Assembly (NCBI GenBank): GCA_964234715.1
Contig: OZ174276.1
Reading direction: 5' to 3' (one strand)
Length of the DNA: 64,000 bases
Origin: Podarcis melisellensis
Lineage: Eukaryota
Positions 24,360-38,160 of this stretch are shown piece by piece (within the stretch, counting starts at the first letter, position 1; every line of letters starts with the position of its first letter). Made by a program: the position numbers and the translations under genes. The notes beneath the pieces were generated by a model. The model worked only from the letters and a program-made list of their open reading frames with translations. It ran no database searches and was not told the origin of the DNA.

Positions 24360-27300
24360 CTGCTGAAATCAGAAATGGGGGGACATGGTTAGAGGAAACA
24401 AAGAAACATAAAATCAACTTTTCAGACTACATTTCCGTAAATCGTTACATACATACATACATACATGCATAGCTATGGACAACTTTTAAACATGAAGCAA
24501 TTGGGGGAGAGAGGATTTAATTAAGACAGACGCATTTCATTTCCTCTTCAAGAAAGTATATACCTGTGCACAGTAAGAATAACTTGCTGAAATTGTGAAG
24601 GAAGTGGTGCCTGCATCATAGTAAGAAACAGCACCCGTGGATTCTTTTGGATGACTGAGTCGCAAGCATGCCCTACCTCCTACAAAATGCCAATTGATTA
24701 TGATAATATGACACATCATATCAGATAAATGAAGATGTAGACCGCATAGTGCCCTCCAGATGTTATTGGATAAACTGCCAGGGGCTGATGGGAGATGGAC
24801 ACGGACAATATCCGATAGGTACTATCTTGGCTACACCTGGAGTAATGTGTGTCTTGATAACATATATGAAGCAGTTATTAAATCTGGGAACTAAAACCAA
24901 AGTGGTTTTTAAAGAAATTAGATGATTGGACCACATACTGAGTATGCCTTGATTTGATCCAGAGCAAAAGGTTACTATCACAGTGACAGAATGTTGTGTG
25001 TTTTACAAGGATAACATGGTCACTGGAGGAAGGAGTAAACATGAGAAAAGTAATTTACAACTTGAGATCAGATAATAATCAGAGTTTGCATGCAGTGACT
25101 ATTTAAATTATTATTGTATTACATAGGGAAGACTCCCCCAGCTTTCACTTATTGTTATGAGCAGTCCAAAGAACACTGTCGTTGGGCAGCATGCAGATAC
25201 TGCAAAAAATGAAACAAAAGTCCCTGATCAGGAGCCAAGGATGGACTGAGTTGGCTATGGAACATGGTATCAATGGTATCAAAAGTGAATGACAGAGCAG
25301 AAGTGGCAGAGTTGCTCTTCCACTGTCCCAATGAAGGTTGCCTTTCATATATACTGTAACCCTTCACATTGAAAACAGCTCTTCCATGCTACAACTAGGT
25401 TTGAAAACACTGTAGCCAACTGAGGGCTGTTTTCAAGCATAATTGCTGCATTGGGCAGCTGCAGCTGGGGAGAGGGCAATCCTCCCCATCTTTAGTGTTC
25501 ATGATCACCCCTGGCAATTAGGTTTGAAACAAGTTGAAATGCTTTCCCAAAAATAGTTGCAGGGGGCATGATATAGTATACACATGTGTGCTATGTGTAT
25601 ACTATACGGCCGTGTGTGTGATGTGTGAGAATGTGGGGTGGTTGCAGGAAGATCATCGTTACGATCCACATTTGCTCGTCCTTTTACAGAATTCTGTCTA
25701 TCATTCACCATTATCCTCAGTTTCTTACAGCTGATGTATCTTTGTTTAGGGTGGCTTTCTGTAATTTACCACTAAAGAAGCTTTGAGGCAGAAAAAAGGT
25801 CCTGCACCCAAACAGAAACATAATAATTGCTTTGAGCCATCCTACGTTCCTAAACAGCTTGTAAGCTGACTAGGAGTTGGCATCTTAATGATCAGCCCTT
25901 CCTTCTCTAGTAAAATCCTCATGCTTCTTTTCCAAAAGGAACCTTTACCACAGGAGGCAACGCTGCAAGGTCAAACATCATGCTGCTGTTTACCAAAGCC
26001 TGGCTCTGATGCAGTAGGTCTGGCTTGGTTAATCACAGACAGCATACATCATTCCACTAATCACCTGGCCGCTAGCCAATAGTGGAGGAAAAATCACTTG
26101 TTAGCTTTGGGTCTCAGACCTGTCTTTTTTAAGATAAGTCTTCTCTAAGAGCTGCAGCATGTTGAAGTAACATGATTAATTTTAGATTCTTATTTTGAAT
26201 TTATTTTCATGGCAGACTTCAAAAGATCAGATTCTGATCTTCTCTTATTCAGGCACAAAGAGAAAGAAAATTAAGGCAGAGCTATCTAGAAAATAACATT
26301 TGTTAACTGTGTGTGATCTGGGAGCTGTGGTATTGGAAGGTGTTTCCCCATGAGTTTGGTTCAAATCCTTGTTTAATGTTCAAATCAGTAAGTCTTTATC
26401 TCCAGGTCTGTGTGTAAAACAGGAGTTACCTCAGGGGTATCCTTACTGTAAGGATATCTGATGGGGGAGGGAAACCTTTGGCCTGGCATGGGTCCCAATT
26501 TGGTCCCCGAGGCCAACTTCCCCAAATCATGGCCACCTGCCCTATGTATGTGACACCAGGTGTGGGGCAGGTAGAAATGTGGTTAGACTGGGAAGTGTCA
26601 AGGTGCTTTTGCCTGCTTTTGTGTGGGGTGGGGGTGGTTCTGAGCATTGCCAGGTTGTTTTCTGTAACCTGGGTATTTTGTAGTGCTCATACCAGTTCTT
26701 AGATTTCCATATGTACCCTTGGGCTCAGAAATGTATATTGTGTAATACACTAAGACAAGGGTAGCCAGTGTGGTGGACTGCAACTGCCTTTATTCTTGAC
26801 CACTGCACACACTGGTTAAGCTAACAGGAGCTACTCCTGCCCCAAGGTATTTTATGGGAGTGAAGCTAACTGCAAAGACTGTGGAGGAGCTACCCCAAGA
26901 CTGTGGAGGAGCTACTGGGACTAGCGAGAGGAGGGGAGGACCTGTGAAATAGCAAAAGCAGGCAAGCAGCCTAAGATAGGAAGATAGAAAAGGAGAGAAC
27001 TGAAGAGTGGATGCCAGATGGAGGTGTTTGTGTAGCGGAGACTGGAAAAAGAGTAGTTGGTTCATAAGGCATGGGGAACTTCAGAGATAAGGAAATATAA
27101 AGTTGAAAAACAGATTTGAAATAGCCAGCCCAATCTTTGGCTGGATGCCTCTCACATGGAGTTAAAAGGCTTTCCCTCATTTCTGCTTTCATCCTGTGGT
27201 CATATATTGACATACATGTTGGCATAGAAGAAATTAAGTCTCATTAATTATTAGAAAGGAAGCTAGAATGCACAATTTAAAGAGCTCTGAGTCTTTGCAA

Positions 27301-28324
27301 CAGTACATTTAACCTCAAGCTGAATACTGCAATTTCCACTGCAACATGTATTCATTTATTAAGTACAAAGAAAGAGGGACCAGCTTCCCTGGGTTCTCTT
27401 TAAATTCAATAATAATGATTAATCACTACCAATCTGTAATGTATAAGCCATTTTGTTAAATACATTGTGTTTTGAGCCACACAATGTTATGTAAATTATT
27501 ACGCACAACAAGGGAGTTCATGCCCTGGCAAATTACATGTAATTACATGAAAACAATAACATGTGTTAAGACACCCATAGTTTGTAAAGTTCTCAAGAGA
27601 TCAAATCAAGTGCAAAAAATTGCAGTGTTGAATATGACGGCAGTTAGTTAGAAAAATCTTTAAACAGTAACTTGGGTATTGCTGACGTTTGAATCCCTGA
27701 AACAATTCAAACTCCACTGGGGGTTTCAGAACGGTTATGTATATTTGCATTTCTTAAGTAACACACTCTCTCTCACATACTACCTTCAATCCAATGAAGC
27801 ATATTACTAATGATATTTCATAGGCTCACAGGATCAGATAGCTGAGTCTCTTTAGAAGTACTGCATTGGAGGATGATAGTGGGAGATCTCCACTGGGGAT
27901 GAATTTCGGCATGATATTTCTTCTGATTTTTTAAATAGCCCAGTTATTTGTGTGTCATCCCTCAAAATAAACTGACTCACTACTGGTAGAAGGCATTCCT
28001 TGATGACCCAGACAAAGAACTATTCCATAACATTAACCTGCTTTCCCCAACATTAAGGCAGACTTATTTTTTAAAGGGCTACACGTCTGGTTAATGATAG
28101 GGTAACATAGTTTATTTCAGCAGAGGCCTATCTGTTGCCTTCCAGGTGTTGCTGGACTACAACTCCCATCATCCCTGACACTGGCCATGATGTTTGTGGC
28201 TGATGGGAATTCTGAGTCCAAAAACATATGGAAGGCCATATGTTAGCCACCACTCCTTTATTTCATTGTAGCTAGAAAGTCAACAAGTAACTGATTTATT
28301 GGAATTCAACAGTCCCAATTTTAA

Positions 28325-28445
28325 GAATCCTGGAATTGTAGAGTTGGAAGGAACTCCTGAGGGTCATCTAGTCTCAACTAAAGCATCCATGACAGATGGG
28401 CATCCAACCTCTGCTTAAAAACCTCCAAGGAAGGAGTGCCCACTA
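28325..28445 (-). mobile_element. CR1 LINE 3'-terminal fragment
   Basis: GAGTTGGAAGG..GGGTCATCTAGTC..CATCCAACCTCTGCTTAAAAACCTCC is the reverse complement of a CR1 3' end. Confidence 0.7.
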
Positions 28446-31400
28446 GCTATGAATTCCCCACATGACCTGGGACAAGCAACAATGTTTACACTTTATAGAT
28501 ACCTATGACTAAAATAAAAGTATGTGGGTGCTTTTGGATCCACATGTATAACTAAAGGTGGATAATATACTTCATAATTTTGTTTACATCCCACAGATAC
28601 ACTGTAATTGAATTGTAAGAAGATATAATAGAAGGGGAAAGCTCATCCTGCAAGGGGCACTCACCTCTCACTTTGTTATGTCTGCACTATTGCTGAAAAT
28701 AAGCCAGAGAAATGGCTTTCTTATCTTACAGTACCTCACCAGGACAACATCCTTACTAGAGGAACACTTCAAAGCACAGAGGAAACAGAGGACAGACAAA
28801 GAGAATAAATCATCGGGTAGACAAAAACATCAGTAAATGAAGGGTTTTGTGCTGTCATCTTATTTGCTGTAACTGTTTTTGTTGTCTGTCCAGCCCAGCT
28901 AGGATAGAAAGCCAAAGTGGCATTAATCCAGGTTTTTACTTTTCTATGCACATATAGGCTTCATTTGTTACCATGCAGGGTGCAAACTTCCATTTCAAAT
29001 GTGGCTATATAATGTTTCAATAAAGATTTATGATTCTATACATGCTTTGGGGGACAAAATAATAACATAGGTCTATATATTTTAAGTTAGTTTGCTGTGT
29101 TTTACTATTTTTTTACATTATCTAGAAAGAAGGCTGATACTACGGAATAGTAGCCCCACACAATGAACTATAAAAGACCACAGAAATATTTAATTCTCAG
29201 TCAATGAGAAATTTAAAAAATCTTACATAAACAGCCTTTTTCTAGTGCAACTCTTGTAGCTTACAATATAAATAGATTCTATTAGTCACTGGGGGCATTT
29301 AAATGATTCAAAGTAAGAGATTTTCATGTCTTATTAAGGTCACCACATTACATTACTAGAGTTTTAAGTTACATTCAAATTGTGTTGTGTTTTCATGCTA
29401 GTTTCCCCAAACGGGAAGTACTGCTGAACTCAGCTGTGCAATTCATTAGGAGCTGGCACTGAAATAATGTTGTGGAGGAGAGGTGTAATCTCTTGTCCTT
29501 CACCATGCAGATAATCTGCCATCTGAAGTGTGGCTTCTCTGTAAACTCCTGGTCACACAGAAGCCTCTCACTCTGGGAGAAGAGGCATTTGTGTGGATGA
29601 CCCAGCTCACATGGGTAGTTTTCTACATAATGGAGGTGAGGGGCTTATATTGGGGCCAAATCAACAGCAAGAATCGGGACTACCCCAAACACATATTGCA
29701 GATGAGCCTGAAAATCTCAGCTTTTCTTTAAAAGAAACCAAAAAGGTTTCTAGGCTATGTGGCTCTAAAGAAAGGCCTGTAAATATAACTGCACTAGGTA
29801 GTTGTGAGGAAAGATGATGGGCATCTTTAGGCATCTTTTGGATTCAGTCAGAGAGAAGGGGAAAACTCATACCTTAGCCCTTCTTTGTAGCTACCATTTA
29901 TCTCCCTGTTACATACTGCTTTCTAGCCACCCCAGCTGCCTGTCTCTTCTACCTTGCCCATGAAAAGACCCTTTTTTCTAAGCAGGTGACTGCTTATGAG
30001 AGGAGTTCCAACATGCACCAGTAGAGCAAATCCACCCCTCCTGTCAATACATCCACACTGTATTGAGCTCCACACCAGCTCGCCCTGTCCCACAAGATAA
30101 GTGGCAGTGACACACCTGCTGGGAAGCTAGCACTGCAGCTTTGCCCCACTGGGTGAGTCGCTACTGCTGGTATATTACTATACAACTTGTAACAAATGCT
30201 GCTATTATTGATCCAGAAAAACATTGATTTAGAATATCTGGATAGCCTTGTCCAAGTCCCTCATGCTTATGTAAACTCAGCAGTCTGCACACAGTAATTT
30301 AGGGTAGTGGGGAAGAGTCATAGCTACCATTTCATTCAGCCATATACCATTGCTTCATTTATGGTTGAAAACTGAAAATATCAAACAGTGTTTTCATGGA
30401 TGAATTCAACTGCTGATCCCTAAATATATGGAGCTGAGATTGTAGCTGTACCAGTTGCTGGCACTTCTGTGACTCAGGCTACTCTCAATCTCTATATCAA
30501 CTCTGCCTTCTATACTGGCTCGTGGGAGAGGGCTGGCCGTTATTTGGGGCTACAGGGTTGTGACATATCCCACATAGGAACAGCCCGTACACAAGGGGCT
30601 GGACTGCTCAGTCCCCAGGGGCATTGTCATGTGTGTGTGTTTTTGTGAATGCATTTATAATGGATTTATCAATTGGCCAGGCATGCCTTAGCCACAGCAC
30701 AATGACAAGGAGGGTCCAGTGCTCATATTATGGGGGAAAGGTAGGGGGATCTTAATGAAATCTACAAATCCCACCCCTCTGACTCTCCCCAAATTTATAT
30801 CTATTATGACCCCCCACACAAATGCATTTTACAGGGTGAGTCCTTTAAAAGAGGCCCTGTGGATACAGAGTACACGTTTCACAGAGCCTCTTTTAAAAGA
30901 CTCACGCTGTAGAACAGCAGCTGATGTGGTTAGCACAAAGGCAAGGGGACAGGATACATCTGCCCCTGTAACGCCCCACATCAGGGCAGACTGTCACAGC
31001 TGTTCCATCATGGTTCACAGCTGCTTGCCCACATGAGAAGCTTCCAGGGCACTTGGTAGGGGTTGAATCATGCCCACTTTGTAGAGATGTCCACATCCCA
31101 CTAAAGGATTGAATATTCATTTTTAATGCTGATATGTCACTACTTATGAACTTCAGTACAGGTAGCTCATCTACCTTCATGTGACTATAAATGTAGTAAA
31201 GTCAGGAAAACTCAGGATTCTAGAGACAGGACTGATTATACGAAACCCTACCAAATCTGGTCAAAGGGTTACAAAATTTCTAGGGGCATGAGATCCAAGT
31301 ACATAAGACATTCAGACTGGATAAAATCCCCTCCAAAAATATTTTCTTAAACATTATCAAGTGAAATAGAGAAAATGGCACAAAGACATTAAAATTTGGG

Positions 31401-33049
31401 GGGGGAGGGCAAGCATTAATGATTAGGAGCTGCATTCATCTGGTAGTGGTAAGTTAAAACTTGAGGACTGGCTAAAAGTACAAGGATTGTCAAAGTTTTT
31501 CTTCACTGCTGCAAAAAATTGTTTTTAAATACTAGGACAACACAAACTACAGCTAATTATTTTGTTCAGCAAAAAATAAAAAGTAAACACAGAGTTTTCT
31601 ATTTCTTAAGACAAAAATCTCTTTGTATGAGATAATGAATAAAAACCACTGGTTCAACAACTAAGCAGCCTCTTGGGTAACAGCCACAATTGCAGAAATG
31701 TGTCTTTGGCAGGAGACAGCCAGAGTAACAGAAACAGATGGATAGTGTCGGAGAATGCACATCAAAGAGGGACAAACAGCAACAGAGCAAAGAAAGTAAA
31801 TTCAAAAACATGATGAAATTATATCTTACCATATAATATTTTTGTAAGAAAAAAGTCATGCTGCAGTTTGTGTGGCTGCCAATAGGTGGCCATGAGAACT
31901 GCAGCGACAACAGCAGGCAGAGCAAGTGAGCAGAGCAGACAGGCTGGCAGCACAAGTGAGGGAGCTGGCAGAGCAAAACGGCAGGTGGGTTACCCAGGAA
32001 GGCCTCCCCCTGTTCTGTCTGCAGCCACTGCCACCTGGGACGCCTGGGGTTTGAACGAGCAGGCAGGCCGTCCAGCAGAGTGAGCATGCACCCTGGGAGA
32101 CCTTCATGTGCTCCCTGTCTTTGTTGCTGCTGCCCAATGTTTGCCAAAAACTCCCCCCTCTCCTCACAACTTGCCTCAAATCACTGCAGTGTGAAGCAAA
32201 GGGGAGAAAGACTTTCTCCTCTTCATTCCCCTTTCGTCTGCAAGTGGCAGCAGGATCTTGGGATGGGGCAAGCTGTGAGGGTATGGGGGTGTTTTGGGGG
32301 ATGGGGATCTGCAACTAGGGTGGCAACAGTTAGACAGATTAAATGAGGTGTGAGGGGATGGGGAGCTTTGAGTGAAAGAAGGGGATTGGCAAAGGGATTG
32401 GGGGAGTTGGCAAGCAATGTGAGCCACAGCAACGCTCCCTAATGAAGATGATATTGTCAGATATGTCCTACGAAGGGATAGTGATCTGACAAGCATGTGC
32501 AGATGAACTGACAACCATCATGTCCCATAGAATTGCCAGATTATGGCTTTAAACACACCTACTTGGCTATGTATATTTTAAAACAAGGTATTAGTATCAC
32601 TAGCCAATTACCAAAATCATTTCATAATCTGATAATTCTTTATACCTTTTTGATTTTTTTCTCCATCCTTAGTAAAACAATTATTATTGTAACCACAATT
32701 TCAAAAGAAAGATGATCCACAGACTGATCTAATGGCATGCTGTCTGCATCTTTTATCCTTTTGCATATCATTTCTCATATATGCAATTTTCATCTGGTCA
32801 CCCTAACTTAGCCTCTTGTGTCTGCCCTGTCTGTGTGCTGTAATTCAGAATGGAAAATGAAATGATAAATTGTAACAGCAATGAGTATTTTGGACACCTT
32901 TTTATACCTTATTCGTATTAAATACAAACTTATCCTTAAGGCAGGAAGTATAGCTTGAATATAAACAAATAATGCCTACATCATACTTATTAAAGTTTCT
33001 TTCCAAAAGGTAGCATACATATTTTGAGAAAACAAAAGCTGTATCATAC

Positions 33050-35638
33050 CTGGACCAAGCAGCGGGGACCGGTTTGACTGGGCACTTGACTGGTGCGGTG
33101 GCTGAGGCTCAGCCATGTTTGCGTTGATAATGGTGGTGCTAGTGGTGGCGGTTGTGGTACTGCTCTGGATTACAGGATTGTTTCTATCCCACATGTTTAC
33201 AGTCTTGTTGTTATTGTAATTTGGGTCACCCCAAGCTGAGGTACCATCATCAATCTCCATCTTGCGCCGAATGGATGGTGGAGAGGGCTCTTCCCACCCC
33301 GTTGCTTCACTACTATCTTTCTGTTTGGCTGGCACTGGTCCACCAACCCATCCTGATCCAGTCTGTTTAACAGAAGCAGCTCCTCCCCAATTACTCACGT
33401 TGTTGTCCTGGGATTTAGAAGCCCAATTCTGTTGAGGACCAGGTTTTAAAGATTCCCCCCAGCTCGTACCTGTATTAGCCTTGCTGTTTGTGCCATTTCC
33501 CCATCCAGTGGTCCCAGAACGCGTAGTATCATTCCAGCCAGACCCTGCTCTATTGTCAGCATCCCATCCAGAACCATTCTTTTTCCCATCTCCCAAGTGT
33601 CCAGGGACAGATGAGGAATCAACCCAATCTCCACCCCCTGAAGTCCAGCCTGGATTCGATTTCTGTCCATCTCCCCAGTTTTGAGATTTGGGTTTCTGAG
33701 GTTCACCCCAAGTAGGCGACTTGTCCTCCTGATTTGTGGTCCCACTCCAAGTGTGGCCACTTTTGGCAGCAGCAGCATTATTGACAGCAGTAGAACTTGC
33801 CGGCTCTCCCCATCCCCCTGGGCCATTTGGCGCTTTGTTATTGTTGTCGCCCCAACCTGTATTAGTTGGAACTGTTGCAGGTGGAGAGCTGACCCACCCA
33901 GATACTGAAGAGGTATTTGTACTGTTCATGATGGACCCATCATTCTTGCCCCCCGAGTTTGAAGGCTGAGTAGCTGCACAACCCCAGGCCTCAGTTCCAT
34001 TGTCATTCTTTCGTTCAGACCTTGGGGATTCTTCAAATTCCCAGGCAGTGTTTTGTTTTACAGGAGTCTGTCCCCATCCAGTGTTGGACAGAACCCTTGG
34101 GTCAAGGTCATTCCTTGGCAACTGGACTTGTCCTTGGTCTAGCATTCCCTTGTCTCTTCTTCGAGCCTCTCCAGTTCCTTCCCTCCCAGTACTGCCTTCA
34201 TTCTGACTCCCATTGCTATCATTACTGCCTTCACTACCTGTGTTGCCAGATGCTGCAGCTTTGGCCCAAGAGTTTATTTGTTCATTGCCCTGCTGCATGG
34301 CAGGATTCTGGCTGGTAACACTAGAGCTATCCCACCCTGTTGATCCTTTCCCATTGATGTCATTACTGGAATGCTGGTTTGGGGGCTTGCTCCATTCACC
34401 ATTAACGCCATTACTGGTGCTGCGGCTTGGGTGGCCCCAAGCACCAGAATGCATATTACCAACGCCACTGTTGCCACTGCCCCTGCCCCATGCTAAGATC
34501 CCAGGACCAGCAGGAGGCCCTGAATCCCATGCACTTGTTCCATTCCCTTCCTTTTGTACAGCACTGCTGGATCCATTTTGTTTAGCACTTAATGCTGAGT
34601 TCACAGTGTCTCCATTCCCCTGACTGAACCCAGAATTGCTGTTTCCTGTGGCAGGATTACCTGGGGATATCCCCCACACTGAATTGCCCATTCCTTCACC
34701 ACTTCCCCCACTGACTTGAGAAACTGATGTCCCATTAGCACCAGGAAGGCTTTGCAGGTGGGGCGGGATGATGGCCCCCATGCCAACAGCCATGCCCCAG
34801 TTCGGCAGTCCATTTGTCTGCATTGCATTGATAGGGTTTGGTGAAGAGTTCATNNNNNNNNNNNNNNNNNNNNNNNNNNNNNNNNNNNNNNNNNNNNNNN
34901 NNNNNNNNNNNNNNNNNNNNNNNNNNNNNNNNNNNNNNNNNNNNNNNNNNNNNNNNNNNNNNNNNNNNNNNNNNNNNNNNNNNNNNNNNNNNNTCCCATT
35001 CTGGTTGCCCATGTTCTGACCTATGGCACTGACTGGACTGCAAATACTGGAAGGGTTGCCTGCTCCCACAGTTCCTTCATGTCCGAGTACAGGCCAGGCA
35101 GCTGGATTGGCATTTGGATTAAGGTTAAGATTAATGCCAGCATTTGAGTTGGAAGCACCCCAGCAATTTTGACTTCTACCATCTCCAATCATGTTGTCCA
35201 TCTTTCCATCCCCACCACTGGCAGAGCAATGAGCTAAGCCAGAGTTGGAACCTGTGGCAACACCCCACACTCTGGCTGAATTTCCATTACCATTTGCTCC
35301 ACCAGCTCCAAGGGCACTCTGGTTAGAAGTGCTTTGGATGAGTGCTCCATTGGTGCCATTATTGCCATTGGGTTTCTTTGTATGTCCAGTGAAGTTGCCT
35401 TGGGCACTCCCTGTAGCCATGCTACTGTTCTCTGAGCCACAGTTGGAGGCAGAGTCAGTGTCTGTAGTACATTCTGAGGCAGATTCAGTCTCAGTTCCTG
35501 TAATGGAAGGCCACGCTTCCTTGTCAGTCCTGTCTATTATCACTTTATCCCAGCTGCAATTGGCTTCACTTCGGAAAGTGGGCTGCTGTCCCCAGTGAGT
35601 ATTCTCATAATGGTCTCCCAATCCGCTGTGACCAAGGT
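33050..35638 (-). CDS. TNRC6C: TNRC6C large GW/WG-repeat Argonaute-binding exon, 2589 nt (863 codons), phase 1-1; contains N gap 34854-34993
   Basis: Core of the 900-aa ORF; acceptor TTTTTCAG|AC, donor CAG|GTATGA; motifs WDKVIID, LSNTGWGQTPVKQNTAWE, GWEEPSP and DDGTSAWGDP; the ATG of MATGSAQG is at 35420-35418. Confidence 0.97.
34854..34993. other. Assembly gap or masked run (140 N) inside the large coding exon
   Basis: N run; the reading frame is preserved across it. Confidence 0.95.
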
Positions 35639-37719
35639 CTGAAAAATTAAACATGATGTAAATTAGTCTGCTATCCAATGACCCAGATACATCAGTTGAA
35701 CTCTGGCTTGATTGTTATGTTTACATTCTTTAAGACTCTTCCTCCCTCCTTTATAGTCTAGCTTATGGGTAGGGGTTCCCAACTTTCACTAAGCCCTTGG
35801 AGAAGCACGGCTTGTGAATCCAAACAAATTCTTCAATAAGCATAATAATGCATTTTGAATTCTAGGTTCTGAAAAAACAAGTATGTTCAGTGCTAATACA
35901 CAAAGGATTTACATGCAGACAATAGTACTATTTCTCTTTTATTAGGTTGCACTAATAGGGTCAGATATAATAAGCAATACTTTGGGGCATGCAATTTCCA
36001 ATATTTTCCTATATGCCACATACATTTTAAGCTGAACTATTAAACGGGAACTAGAAATGAAAGAAGAACTCTACAAAACCAATCAAGCGTATTCTGTGGT
36101 CAACGAACAGTTATTCATGCCTTGTTAAATTTAGAAACAGAGATAAAAACTTCACTGTGAGGACTGATTTCCAGTATTAAAATACTTCTCAAACATATGA
36201 GTTGTTATCACTTTCAGTTGTATGTTTTCACTGCATGAAATGAAATCAAAGAAATACTTTAGAAAGTATTATCACTGTAAACTAAGACTTTGATGACATG
36301 TCTGGTACTCGTTGGCGTACATACTATCACTCTAGTACAGAAGGTGGAGCCACACACAGTGCTGGTGCACGGGACTGGGTCTCTTCAAACAGGAGCCAAC
36401 ATACTAGTCCACATCACAGCAAAGGACAGGCCTAGGCTCTTAGACCAAGGTCACAGATTAGAAATCACAAGGTATAATAGATAGAACCGCTTGTAAATAG
36501 CTGCAGGATTGAGGCCTTTCATTCATTTCATATATATGAACAATCAAAAAGATGGGTGCTTTTAAAAAAAGGTAACTATGACGGTAGTTAATAATGAAGA
36601 TCACTTACATTTTGTACTATAGCACTGAAAGCTATTAAATATAAATTGCATGTTCTGTACTTGTCATATATGATTTGGGACTTTAAAATGATACTTGATT
36701 GACAGGCCAATCTCCCTCTACAAATAAGCTGGATCTTCTCAAACAGCTGTTACACTGTGCCTCATCCAGATATAAGCCAGCCCCTAAACTGTTAGTGCTG
36801 TAGGTTTCGACAATTTGAGTTTTTTAAGACTGATGTGACAAAATTCCACGATTCTAAATTGGGGCAACAATAACTTCCCTGTCTGAAATAAAAAGTAATC
36901 AGTACCATGACCTCAATAAACATTTTAATGTAACTCCAAGATCTGATATCATAATCAGTATTTTAAATGATCAAAACATATCAGAAAGCAATCTCAAAAT
37001 CAGAGTGAAATGTAACCTTATGAAGAAAAACATGGACATTCACTATAAATGTGCATCCTGGAACAAAAAAACTCCATTCAAATTCAATGGGAAATGGTTA
37101 AGCTTGTATGTTTACCAACATGAACAGACATTGACTGATTTGATCAGCACTTAGATCTGAGGTAAGAACTAATCTCAAAACTAGTACAAATTTGAAAGCA
37201 TCCAAGAAGTCAGCTTCTTTCTATTTGTTTCTTTCATTCTAGTAGCTGAAATACTTGTTTATGCAGTCAAGAATTCAAAAAGCACAAACATTTAAGTGGG
37301 AATCTGTCCTGCAAGTTTGCTTTCACAACAACACTGACTCCATAAATGCTGAAGCAGTCAAGACTCTCCCAGAAAGGCATATGCAAATGTGGAAGGGTTA
37401 AGAGATGAGAACGCTAAATAAAACAGCTTTATTTAGAGACAAAATCCAAAATTAGGCAACGCATGTGGAAAAGCCTATTACTCTTTTAATTTTCTTCACT
37501 ACGGTATGCTACAAAGTATGTTCCGTCTGATGTGGGAACCTTTAATGCGTTCAGAAAAAGAGCTGAGCAGCATAAAAAAGAGCATTCTTCATTATTAGAT
37601 AGTGAGTACTCCATGAAACACTAACACTCCAAAACCAAACAGCAGTAGATAATGACAAATAACAACTTCATTTTTTTGCCCAGCGCAGCATATCTTTAGC
37701 AAGCAGCTCTTTCTCTGAG

Positions 37720-38160
37720 GACGCCATTTTATCAAACCTGAAAGGCAGCCAAAAGCTTAGGACGCTGTGCTGCTGCTGCTGTCTCTGAAACATTATGTAA
37801 TAAACTGATTTAGCAGAAGCAGATGCCATTTGCCCCCTTTCCCCCCCTTGCTGCTTTATAGGGGCCAACGAGTAATGAAATACCTGAGAAAAGGTGCTGC
37901 CCAACCATCCTAGGAGACGCTACATTGTGTGCAGAGCTGTCTCCCCTCCTGCATCTAGGTTCGCCTGGGCTCTCGGCTTCAATATGTCGGCTGTGTACAG
38001 AGTGAGCCTCATCCTGTAGAGCTGCCAAGAAAATCGCTCAGTGCAAGTGTGCGCCCAGACAACCTGCAAGCTTGCTCAGGCCCTAGCTGTGCTGGCTTTG
38101 GAAATGCCCTTTCCACACAGGGAGACTCCTACCCCCACCTCCAGCAGCACACAGCCCCCT
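37720..38160 (-). promoter_or_regulatory. Candidate internal promoter / regulatory element of TNRC6C
   Basis: Non-repetitive GC/CpG-enriched block with a YY1 motif AAAATGGCGTC (37730-37720) and CCTATAAAG (37862-37854) on the gene strand; motif evidence only. Confidence 0.4.

Noticed and set aside
26447-27100. Possible solo LTR starting with TGTAAGG
   Set aside because: I could not define a matching CA terminus or a target-site duplication.
31599-32514. Cluster of 100-180 aa ORFs in a GC-rich block
   Set aside because: Overlapping low-complexity ORFs on both strands with no motifs; more likely a decayed repeat.
33152-35598. Several plus-strand and alternate-frame ORFs over the large exon
   Set aside because: Expected shadow ORFs of a Gly/Ser/Asn/Trp-rich coding exon; no recognisable protein features.
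32976-35678. 900-aa ORF as a standalone single-exon gene
   Set aside because: Both ends (MDSRLIYIMFNFS, MIQLLFSQ...) are intronic overhang beyond clear splice sites at 35638 and 33050; it is one exon of TNRC6C.
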